Source: Armatimonadia bacterium (GTDB lineage Bacteria > Armatimonadota > Zipacnadia > Zipacnadales > UBA11051). Taken from it: a stretch of 29,455 nt of DNA. The position numbers and the translations under genes were made by a program. Below the pieces are notes generated by a model. The model worked only from the letters and a program-made list of their open reading frames with translations. It did not search any database and was not told the origin of the DNA. How positions within the stretch are numbered: position 1 is the first letter of the stretch; each line of letters starts with the position of its first letter. The stretch spans positions 1-29,455 of the forward strand of contig JBDKRC010000286.1 of the NCBI GenBank assembly GCA_039683575.1, written 5' to 3'. Below, one piece after another: positions 7,088 through 14,760 of the stretch.

Positions 7088-9667
7088 TTATCTGGTTGTG
7101 ATCTCATACCAGACTGTCGGAGCGTTGAGTTCCAGTGAATCGGCGGTGGCGGGAAGCTCCTGCTGGCGAGCACCGGTGCCATCAAGGGCGTAGGCCACCA
7201 GCTTGCGGCCCGGCATGGTCAGCTTCACAGGCACTGCTTCCGCGATGGTCGGACCGGTTCCCCAGGCTTTGCCGACGGTGCGACGGTCAGCACTCCAGCC
7301 CATGTTCTGGTTCTCCACCCGTGACATGACCACCAGGAGCATGCGCTTGGACTGCGTGAGCGGCAGGTCGTCCATGCTAGTGAGGGCGACGGCAGCCCAG
7401 CGATTGCTGGTCGGGCCGAGGTCGAAGGTGAGGTCGCCGATCTTGAGCGTCTGCCCGGCGATATGCCCCAGCGCCAGCTTCGTCTTCGGCGTGTCCACGC
7501 GGTAGAGGCTGTCGTCCTGCCCGCCGCGCCACAGAAGCTGGCCGGTGTCCGACTGCTGCTGATTGCCCTCGGGCACCTTCACGCGGTCAGCGGTGATATC
7601 CTTGGCCTTCGTCCACTGCAGCGCGATCCGCCTGGTGATGGAAGTCTCGCGGGGAACATCGTACTTCGTCCAGACACGGTCGGAATCCTTCAGATCCTCA
7701 GCCAGGAGGTTCGCAACCTCGCTTCCGGGTACCCGCATGACGGCGAGACCACGAGCGGGCGACATGTCGCCACGAATGAAGAGGTTGGCCGCCACGGGAA
7801 AGAAGGCGACCGGTGCGGGATCGGTGATCATCTGGAAGTAGCCCTGGACCCTGGCCGTTGTCCAATCCGCGGGTGTGCTGCCATAGTCGAACTGGAAGAT
7901 ACCATCCCAGTCCTGCAAGCCGGCAAAGGAAGCAGCCATGGGGATGCCCTCGGCGCGGCAGTCGCCCGGGGCCGGGTGGTTGTACTCGCTAACGGTGAAG
8001 GGCTTGCCGAAGATTCTATAGCGGGCAAGGCCAGTGAGCGTGTCCCTGCCCAGCGCCGCGGTCATGGGCGTATTGGCGATGAGCCAGTTGCCCCCGTCCC
8101 ACGGCTTGCCGGGGAAGCTGGGGTGTTGCCAGTAGGCGTGGGCGTCTATGTAGTCGAGTTGCGACTCGCGCCAGGCCCCGCCGAGGCCACCGTAGGTGTC
8201 CTGGGTGTCAATCACGCTCGCCCGTAGCTTCAGATCCTTCTTCAGGTAGTCATACATGCCCGAGGTGTATTTGCGCTCGAGGTCCATGATGAAAGCGAAC
8301 CAGTCGCGGCGGGCTTTCGCGGTGCTGGAGGAGGTGGGGAAGAGGACAGTGCCGGCCTCGAGGCTCTGATCGGGGGGCAGACCCAGCAAGCCGCCGGGCT
8401 TGAGGCTCAGGTCAGCCAGCCACACGTCGCCGAGGGTGTTTTGGCAGTTGAAGCTGATGCGGTTGTGGTCGGGCTTGGGATCACGGGCGCGGAAGGTGAA
8501 CTGGTAGGCGCGCCACTGGCTGTCGGCGGTGACGCGGGCATCGAGACCAATGCTGCGCCAGTCGGCAACGTCGTAGCGGGCGCCGATGTAGACCTCCCGC
8601 TTCGGGTCGGCCTTGATCCTGAACGAGACCGTGTAGAGCTTTCCCGCCTCGAGGCTGTGGCCGACCTGGTGAATCTGAAAGTCCCAGGAATTGGTGCCAG
8701 GCTTCACCAGCCGGGCGTGCAGAGCCTTGCCCACTTCGGGGTCCTGAACTACCTCGAAGACGTCTTCTCCTGGGTGACGGGTCTCGAGGACGAACTCCTT
8801 CGTGCCCTGGCTGAGGTCCTGGTTGCGCAGCAGCTCTTGACCGAGGGGCTCGCTGCCCTCGTCCCAGGCACGGCGCAGTTGCTCGGTGTTCTGATAGCGG
8901 GACTTGAGATAGTCGATCCAGTAGCCGCGCAGTTCGCTGATATATGGCTCTGGCAAATCATGCAGCGTGCGGTCGAACGCGAAGCCGAGAAGGCTGTTTT
9001 CGTTGTTCATCTCGACCAGAGCCACGCATGGCTCGTTCACATACTGGGTATTGGTGTAGGAGTTGGTATGGGTCAGCAGGTCGCGAGCGTAGTTCTTCTG
9101 CATCGCGATCATGCCCGCTGCGAAGTTGTCCACGCCCTTGCCGTATGAGGGCAGGAGCTTGCTGTTGGGAAAGCCGTCGCTGTCGTCCAGAGTGCGCGAC
9201 ACGTGGAGGTTGAGGTTGACGTAGATGCCCTGCTGCTTGAGTTGGTAGATGAACCAGTCCAGGCGGTCAAGCTGCCCGGCGTCGAGGTGCTGATGGTCCT
9301 TGAAGGCGGGATCCCAGATGCCCCGCGGGGTGAAGGCGTTGTCCATGTGATGGAAGCGGACACAGTTGATCCCGAGGGAGGCCATGCGGGCCGCGATGCG
9401 GGGGGCAAGCTCTTTGTCGGGGAAGGCAGTGGCAAAGGTGACGTTCGTGCCCAGGAAGCGCAGGCGCTGGCCCTTGCCATCCACGAAGCGGCCATCGCGG
9501 ACGGTCACAAAGCCGTTTTGGCCGGCAGGAACTGGCGAGGCGGGAGCGACGTTGCAGACGCTGCCGGGAGCAAGCTCAGAGATAACGAAGGGGAACCAGC
9601 CGGCGGGGACATCGGCCAGAGCGGGAAGGCTCAGGGAGACGCAGATGATGAGCCAGAGGAGCCTCAT
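7088..9667 (-). CDS. Secreted GH5-like (clan GH-A) glycoside hydrolase with inserted CBM4/9-like domain
   Basis: Signal peptide. 'R.LG.N', 'GIN.VRFHHMD', 'GIY..LNLH', acid/base 'NENS', 'D.HAYW.HP' and nucleophile 'VSEYN'. A beta-sandwich segment 'ELLRN.D...G..YT.SF..KA...W..Y.FTF' is inserted at about 8396-8836. Confidence 0.8.
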   Translation of the reverse strand: MRLLWLIICVSLSLPALADVPAGWFPFVISELAPGSVCNVAPASPVPAGQNGFVTVRDGRFVDGKGQRLRFLGTNVTFATAFPDKELAPRIAARMASLGINCVRFHHMDNAFTPRGIWDPAFKDHQHLDAGQLDRLDWFIYQLKQQGIYVNLNLHVSRTLDDSDGFPNSKLLPSYGKGVDNFAAGMIAMQKNYARDLLTHTNSYTNTQYVNEPCVALVEMNNENSLLGFAFDRTLHDLPEPYISELRGYWIDYLKSRYQNTEQLRRAWDEGSEPLGQELLRNQDLSQGTKEFVLETRHPGEDVFEVVQDPEVGKALHARLVKPGTNSWDFQIHQVGHSLEAGKLYTVSFRIKADPKREVYIGARYDVADWRSIGLDARVTADSQWRAYQFTFRARDPKPDHNRISFNCQNTLGDVWLADLSLKPGGLLGLPPDQSLEAGTVLFPTSSSTAKARRDWFAFIMDLERKYTSGMYDYLKKDLKLRASVIDTQDTYGGLGGAWRESQLDYIDAHAYWQHPSFPGKPWDGGNWLIANTPMTAALGRDTLTGLARYRIFGKPFTVSEYNHPAPGDCRAEGIPMAASFAGLQDWDGIFQFDYGSTPADWTTARVQGYFQMITDPAPVAFFPVAANLFIRGDMSPARGLAVMRVPGSEVANLLAEDLKDSDRVWTKYDVPRETSITRRIALQWTKAKDITADRVKVPEGNQQQSDTGQLLWRGGQDDSLYRVDTPKTKLALGHIAGQTLKIGDLTFDLGPTSNRWAAVALTSMDDLPLTQSKRMLLVVMSRVENQNMGWSADRRTVGKAWGTGPTIAEAVPVKLTMPGRKLVAYALDGTGARQQELPATADSLELNAPTVWYEITTR

Positions 9668-9710
9668 GTGTCACCTCACAAACGGGAGTCCAACCCCGGC
9701 GCCTGTCGAC

Positions 9711-9747
9711 GTGAGTGGGTAGGTTCGAGACGAACCCACCCACTCGC
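9711..9747. repeat. REP-like palindrome, family A copy 2
   Basis: GAGTGGGT-a-GGTTCG-AGA-CGAACC-c-ACCCACTC. Confidence 0.7.
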
Positions 9748-9761
9748 CTTGTTTGGGGGGG

Positions 9762-10442
9762 CTACTTCGGCTCCAGCAAGTTGACTACGATCTCCGGCCC
9801 CTTGCTGCCATCAGCCTGCAGCGTGTAGGCATGCAACTCATACCGCAGCTTCGGGGGCACCCCTCCACCGCTGAAGCTCACCCGCGGGGTTGCGATGCGG
9901 AACGTGAACTCACCCGTGACACTGGCGCGGTTGCGGATTCCCGGCACCACGCGCAGTTGCTCGCCGGTGTCGGCATTCAGCACTCTGGTGCTGATCACGA
10001 CGAGTTGGCCGGGGCCAGTTCGCCCGATGATCTCGATGCTGGGCCCAACGGTGTCGCCGTCTCTGGGCTGCGTCAGGGTGATCACATTCGTCGCAGCGGG
10101 CGGCCCGACAGGCCCGGAAGCCTGGCCGGACGCTGCGTTGCTAAGGGCGGAGGAGAGCTGTCCGGCGTCGTTGGCGGTGAAATAGCTCCCGCCGCCAGCC
10201 TTCGCGGTGTCCTGTAGGTACTTCTCAGCCTCGGAGCCGGCCGTGATGTCGAAGCCCACGGCGCTGATGGAGAGCTTCATCTGGGTCTGTTGCAGGGCCT
10301 GAGCGGCCTGATTGGCTGCCTGCTGCACGGTCTCCCCGTTGACTGATAGCTCCTCGGACTCCTTGGAGAAGTCATATTGTGCCAGGGCCGCCGTGCAGAC
10401 TAGTGCGGCGGCAATAATCGCGAATGTCAGCTTCTGGAGCAT
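9762..10442 (-). CDS. Secreted protein: C-terminal half of a VWA domain plus an Ig-like domain
   Basis: Own RBS (AAGGAGG 10455-10449) and signal peptide MLQKLTFAIIAAALVCTAALA|Q. 'ISAVGFDI...LQDTAKAGGGSYFTANDAGQLSSAL' corresponds to the last two strands and helices of VWA domains. 'ITLTQP.DG..V...I.I.G.T.PG' is Ig-like. Confidence 0.75.
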   Translation of the reverse strand: MLQKLTFAIIAAALVCTAALAQYDFSKESEELSVNGETVQQAANQAAQALQQTQMKLSISAVGFDITAGSEAEKYLQDTAKAGGGSYFTANDAGQLSSALSNAASGQASGPVGPPAATNVITLTQPRDGDTVGPSIEIIGRTGPGQLVVISTRVLNADTGEQLRVVPGIRNRASVTGEFTFRIATPRVSFSGGGVPPKLRYELHAYTLQADGSKGPEIVVNLLEPK

Positions 10443-12256
10443 TATCGGCCTCCTTGAGCGGGCATCTGCGCGGGCTGCACGGTGCGCATGAGCTTCATTA
10501 GCTGTGCGGCTGCCTCAGGCTGGCTGATTCCGCCATGTTCGGGACAGTTGTCCTGACCATCACACAGGATTACCATGCGTCCGGTTTTGCCGCGCCCGCG
10601 GGTCGTGAGGTAGGTGAGAGCCTTCTCGCGACCGTAGGTGAGCGGGGTATCGCCACCGTCGGAGAGCGCATCGGCGGCGGCCTTGATCTTGTTCGGGTCC
10701 ATGGTGAACCGGCAGACGGCGTTGACGCCGCAGCCACCAAACCGTACCAGGCACCATTCCGTCTTCTTATCGTTGGTCTGATCCACTGAGGTCTTGACGG
10801 CCGCGATGGCGGAGCTGATCTTCGCGCCGCTCATGCTTCCGCTGCAGTCCACGAGGAAGAGAATCGACAGCTCGGGCTTGCCTGATAGAGGGCCTGCCCA
10901 GTTGGCTTCGACCGTCATGTTACGCTCGGGCCAGCCAAACGGGCGCTTGTCGTTCTTGTTAGCCATCACGATACGGACCTTGGCGTTGTACTCCCCACCC
11001 TTGCTGGCGTCGAAGGGCACGCTTACGACGCACTTGCCCGCCTTGCCGCCGTTCCAGCCGGGCCGCTCCTCAATGGTTCCGGAATTCGGGCTCCCGACAC
11101 CGGGGGTCATGAACGGTATAGGCATCCACTGCCCGGTCTTGTCGCCGCCATAGACGTCCTTGCCGTTCGAATCCGTGATCTCGATGAAGGTCAGCAGGCT
11201 GGTTATCTCCGGCTTGCCGGGCCAAGCGGTACTGGCATCAAAGTGGGCACCCATTGCCATGCCCGTGTCGAGGTTCAGGTCGGGAACATTCAACGAAGCG
11301 GGGTTGGCGGCATAGGTGTTGAAGAAACCCACAACCTGGGAGGCCGCCGAACCGATGCGCTGGTCCCACTCACGGCAGAAGAGGCTGTACAGACCCAAAT
11401 CGTTGATGTTGTAGGTTACCGCCAGCCGCGCCTGCCCGGTCGCATCGGGCTCCACCATCTCCACTTTCTCAATGGTGAGGGGCTCCATCAGGGCTTTGTA
11501 CTCATCCGGGTTGGGCGGATAGCCCTTGAGCACGGTGCTGAAGACCGGCCCCGCGACCGACCAGCCCTGCCGGTGGCAGTTGAGCAGCCATCCCGAGGCT
11601 CCAGACATCAGCGCTGATGACCTGATCAGGTCGTCGTTGAAGGCCAGGGCCGTGTACTGCGTTATCGGTCGATAGACGATGTTGTTGGGGAAGGTGTCGT
11701 TGAAGGTGGCCGTGACGAGCTCGGTGGGCACAGCTCCGGCGCTGATGGCATATTCATCGAGGTTGCCGAAGCCCTTCTGGAAGACGTGTTCGCACTCAAC
11801 GAGTTCGAGGTGCTTGTGACGGACGATGAAGTCCCCACCAGCGCCGAAATACCCGCCGAACTGGTTGACCAGCGGGTGTACCACGCCGTCCGTGCAGTAG
11901 TGGCTGAGCCAGCCAAGCGCGAAGGCGAGGCCCTTGTTGCGGGATGCCTCGTTGGGGTCGGCAGCCGCGCGCTTGAGCATGTTGTTGATGATCTGGCCCG
12001 TGGCCTGGTAGTGGGCTTCCGAGCCAGGGTGTTGGTAGCCGAGGCCCTCGGCAATGAGGTAGGTGGTGAGGGCGATGTCCGGGCCAGTGGCGCCGGCGAT
12101 GTAGGCGGCGCGGTTGGTGTCTATGATGGCCCTGACCGCTGGTGGGGCTTGTTCGTAGGCCTTCAGGGCAACGTAGACGTGTCCGGGGCTCTGGCTGGCC
12201 CAGGCCCCGCAGGAGAGTAGCAGCAGCCCGATGAGCAAGGGAATAATGGGTCGCAA
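10442..12256 (-). CDS. Secreted Zn-dependent phospholipase C/P1-nuclease-fold protein with a C-terminally incomplete VWA domain
   Basis: AGGAGG then TTG 12256 and a signal peptide. PLC-family ligand pattern 'GH...GA.GPD...H...GWLSHYCTD..VHP.VN...H..LE'. VWA MIDAS elements DCSGS, GGDTPL and ILCDG, after which the protein ends about 35 aa later. Confidence 0.8.
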   Translation of the reverse strand: MRPIIPLLIGLLLLSCGAWASQSPGHVYVALKAYEQAPPAVRAIIDTNRAAYIAGATGPDIALTTYLIAEGLGYQHPGSEAHYQATGQIINNMLKRAAADPNEASRNKGLAFALGWLSHYCTDGVVHPLVNQFGGYFGAGGDFIVRHKHLELVECEHVFQKGFGNLDEYAISAGAVPTELVTATFNDTFPNNIVYRPITQYTALAFNDDLIRSSALMSGASGWLLNCHRQGWSVAGPVFSTVLKGYPPNPDEYKALMEPLTIEKVEMVEPDATGQARLAVTYNINDLGLYSLFCREWDQRIGSAASQVVGFFNTYAANPASLNVPDLNLDTGMAMGAHFDASTAWPGKPEITSLLTFIEITDSNGKDVYGGDKTGQWMPIPFMTPGVGSPNSGTIEERPGWNGGKAGKCVVSVPFDASKGGEYNAKVRIVMANKNDKRPFGWPERNMTVEANWAGPLSGKPELSILFLVDCSGSMSGAKISSAIAAVKTSVDQTNDKKTEWCLVRFGGCGVNAVCRFTMDPNKIKAAADALSDGGDTPLTYGREKALTYLTTRGRGKTGRMVILCDGQDNCPEHGGISQPEAAAQLMKLMRTVQPAQMPAQGGR

Positions 12257-12451
12257 GATCTGCCTCCTTGAGTTAGCGCGGAGCGCGTGGTGGCCCGCGG
12301 GAACGACCATCATCTTCAACCAGACATCATAGCAGGAACGACCGGGAAATACTATATAAGGAAAGACCCGCCAGGCGTCGCTGCGGTTGACGAAACCTTT
12401 GCGCCTAATGTATTGTGGCAGTGCATTCTACTTCCGCTCGAGATGAGCCTC

Positions 12452-13264
12452 ATGCAGTGGCTGCAATCCGCAGTAGATTTCGTCCGTGCCCTGCGCTGGA
12501 TTGATGGCGTTGACATCATCCTCGTGGCGATATTGTGCTACCAGGCGCTCCTGTTCATACGCCAGGCACGGTCGCTATCGCTCATCAAGGGCGTCATTGT
12601 TGTCGTCTCCGTCATCCTCATCACCACCTGGTTCCCCACCTTCAACTGGCTTGTGGACCGCCTGGTCCTGCCCGGTGTCATCGCCCTGGTTGTGATCTTC
12701 CAGCCCGAGTTGCGCATGGCGCTCGAGCGGCTGGGACGCGGCGGTTGGCTGTCGAACATGCTTGAACGCGTCTCGGTGGACGAGCAGCAGGCGGTGCTCA
12801 ACGAGGTGGTGGATACGGCTGAGGATTTTGCCGAGCGCCGCATCGGGGCGCTGATCGTGCTGCAGCGGCATTCGAGCCTGATGGGCATCACCCGCACCGG
12901 CAAGACGATCAACGCGCGCGTGTCGGCAGAGCTCCTGGCAGCGATCTTTGAGCCGCACAGCCCGCTGCACGACGGAGCCGTTGTCATTCGTGGCGACGTC
13001 CTCGTCGCCGCGGCCTGCGTGCTGCCACACTCCGAGAGTCCCAGCATCTCCGCCAGTACCGGCATGCGACACCGCGCCGCGCTGGGTCTCAGCGAACGCA
13101 CCGACGCCGTCTGCCTCGTCGTCTCAGAGGAGACCGGTGGTTTGACGCTGGCAGTTGACGGGGCACTCAGCCCGCACCTCGAAAAAGTGCAGCTGCTCGA
13201 GCGTTTGATGGCACTGGTCGAATCAGAGCGCGAGCAGGCGCGGTTCTTCTTCTGGCGCAAATAG
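12452..13264 (+). CDS. cdaA: Diadenylate cyclase CdaA (DacA)
   Basis: Three N-terminal TM helices, 'IFQPELR.ALE.LG', catalytic 'LHDGA' and 'RHRAA', 'VSEETG'. The start could alternatively be 12443. Confidence 0.95.
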   Translation: MQWLQSAVDFVRALRWIDGVDIILVAILCYQALLFIRQARSLSLIKGVIVVVSVILITTWFPTFNWLVDRLVLPGVIALVVIFQPELRMALERLGRGGWLSNMLERVSVDEQQAVLNEVVDTAEDFAERRIGALIVLQRHSSLMGITRTGKTINARVSAELLAAIFEPHSPLHDGAVVIRGDVLVAAACVLPHSESPSISASTGMRHRAALGLSERTDAVCLVVSEETGGLTLAVDGALSPHLEKVQLLERLMALVESEREQARFFFWRK

Positions 13265-13282
13265 CGCGTCACGCGGACCAAA

Positions 13283-14461
13283 ATGAATCTGGCAAAAAGA
13301 ATACGACACAACTTAGGCCTGAAAGCGCTCGCGCTGGCGTTGGCGCTGCTCATCTGGGGCCTCGTGCGCAACCAGGCGGATCCGTCCATGCTGCAGCACC
13401 GGACGCTCGCCGTGGAGGTCGTCGGCGTGCCGGAACACCTCGCGGTGGCGGCTGTTACCCCGAGCCAGGTGTCGCTGACGCTTTACGGGCGCAATTCGGC
13501 GTTGCAGCGGCTTGAGGACAGCGGATTCCGCATTGTTGCGCGGGTTACCGACGCCACTGCTCGATCAACTCGCGTCCAGGTTGAGCCTCAGAACCTCCCG
13601 CCCGGGGTCGAGATCAGGGATCTGGTCCCGCTCTCGGTCCGGGTTGAGCTTGACGCCGAAGTCTCCGCTGCGCGCCCCGTGTTCGTTCAACTGCGTGGCA
13701 ACCCCGCCGAAGGCTTTACCGCCTCGGAGCCTCAGGTTCGTCCGAATGAGGTCACAATCAGCGGACCCAGTCGCCAAGTCGAAAAGGTGGCGCGAGTGGT
13801 GGCGGAGGTTGATGTCTCCGGCCGCAGTACCGAGGAGCCAATCACCATTCCGCTACTGGCCCGCGATGCCGCCAGCCTGCTCGTGCCGGGTATCCAGATC
13901 ACTCCGGATCAGGTCGCGGTCACGGTACCGCTGCGCAAGATTGACAGCCGCACGGTTCCCGTCGCCCCGGTGCTCAGCGAGGTGCCACGAGGGTACGACG
14001 TAGAATCTGTCAGCGTGCGGCCAGTTGTCGTCACGGTCACTGGCTCCAGCAGACTGCTCGGCGACGTTGACACAGTGCAGACGGCGCCTATCAATCTGAC
14101 GGGCTCAGCGGGCCGCACGAGCTACACAGTCCCGTTGCGTCTCGCGACTGGTCTCCACAGTGACACCGACTCCGTCGTTGTCACCATAACATTGGGCCGT
14201 GGCGGAGGGAGTTCGGGCAATGGCCGCGGTTCGCGCGCCACTGAGACCTCCCCTGCCGGGGAAAGCGCTCCCGAGGCAACCAGCCCTTCCCCGCGGCCAC
14301 CCGCTGCGCAACCCGCCGAACAGACCCCGCCCCCTGCCGTCGCGCCTCCAGCCGGCGAGGAGGAGCGCTCTACGGGGGCCGCGCCTCGTAATCCATCGAC
14401 AACGCACGCACCGCGCACTCCGGCGCGAGGGCCCCGCCCCGAACCTAAGGGAACGGATTAG
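13283..14461 (+). CDS. cdaR: CdaR/YbbR-like regulator of diadenylate cyclase
   Basis: 'N.GLK.LAL.LA..IW' anchor, three 'V.P..V...G' YbbR-type repeats and a Pro/Ala-rich tail. Directly downstream of cdaA. Confidence 0.9.
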   Translation: MNLAKRIRHNLGLKALALALALLIWGLVRNQADPSMLQHRTLAVEVVGVPEHLAVAAVTPSQVSLTLYGRNSALQRLEDSGFRIVARVTDATARSTRVQVEPQNLPPGVEIRDLVPLSVRVELDAEVSAARPVFVQLRGNPAEGFTASEPQVRPNEVTISGPSRQVEKVARVVAEVDVSGRSTEEPITIPLLARDAASLLVPGIQITPDQVAVTVPLRKIDSRTVPVAPVLSEVPRGYDVESVSVRPVVVTVTGSSRLLGDVDTVQTAPINLTGSAGRTSYTVPLRLATGLHSDTDSVVVTITLGRGGGSSGNGRGSRATETSPAGESAPEATSPSPRPPAAQPAEQTPPPAVAPPAGEEERSTGAAPRNPSTTHAPRTPARGPRPEPKGTD

Positions 14462-14462
14462 C

Positions 14463-14753
14463 ATGACCATCAGCGAGTTCCAGCGCCGCATTGAGGCCAT
14501 CTACTTCGAGAAGGACAGCGGGCGAGGCATGGAAGCGACCTTCATGTGGCTTGTGGAGGAGATAGGGGAGTTGTCGCGCGCCTTGCGGCGCAAGAGCAAA
14601 GAGGAACTGCAGGGCGAGTTTGCCGACTGTGCCGCGTGGCTGAGCACCCTCGCCTCAATAGCGGAGATTGACCTCGAACAGGCCGTCGAGGAGAAGTACG
14701 GCCAGGGCTGCCCGAAGTGTCTGCAGACGCCCTGCGCCTGCGGCGGACCCTGA
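14463..14753 (+). CDS. Small MazG-like nucleotide pyrophosphohydrolase
   Basis: MTISEFQRRIEAIYFEKD...'WLVEEIGEL'...'EFAD..AWL..LA'...'KY...CPKC...PC.C'. ATG lies 1 nt after the cdaR stop. Confidence 0.85.
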   Translation: MTISEFQRRIEAIYFEKDSGRGMEATFMWLVEEIGELSRALRRKSKEELQGEFADCAAWLSTLASIAEIDLEQAVEEKYGQGCPKCLQTPCACGGP

Positions 14754-14760
14754 ACGGTCT

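Noticed and set aside
9722-9736. GGTTCGAGAC resembles a tRNA T-loop (also at 3926-3935 on the minus strand)
   Set aside because: No acceptor, D or anticodon arms and no CCA. It is the centre of a simple palindrome.
10430-10460. Sequencing or programmed frameshift joining the two VWA halves
   Set aside because: A strong RBS, TAATG coupling and a full signal peptide intervene, and no slippery sequence is evident.
12387-12416. TTGACG-18 nt-TATTGT candidate cdaA promoter
   Set aside because: Plausible but too weak to call without TSS data.
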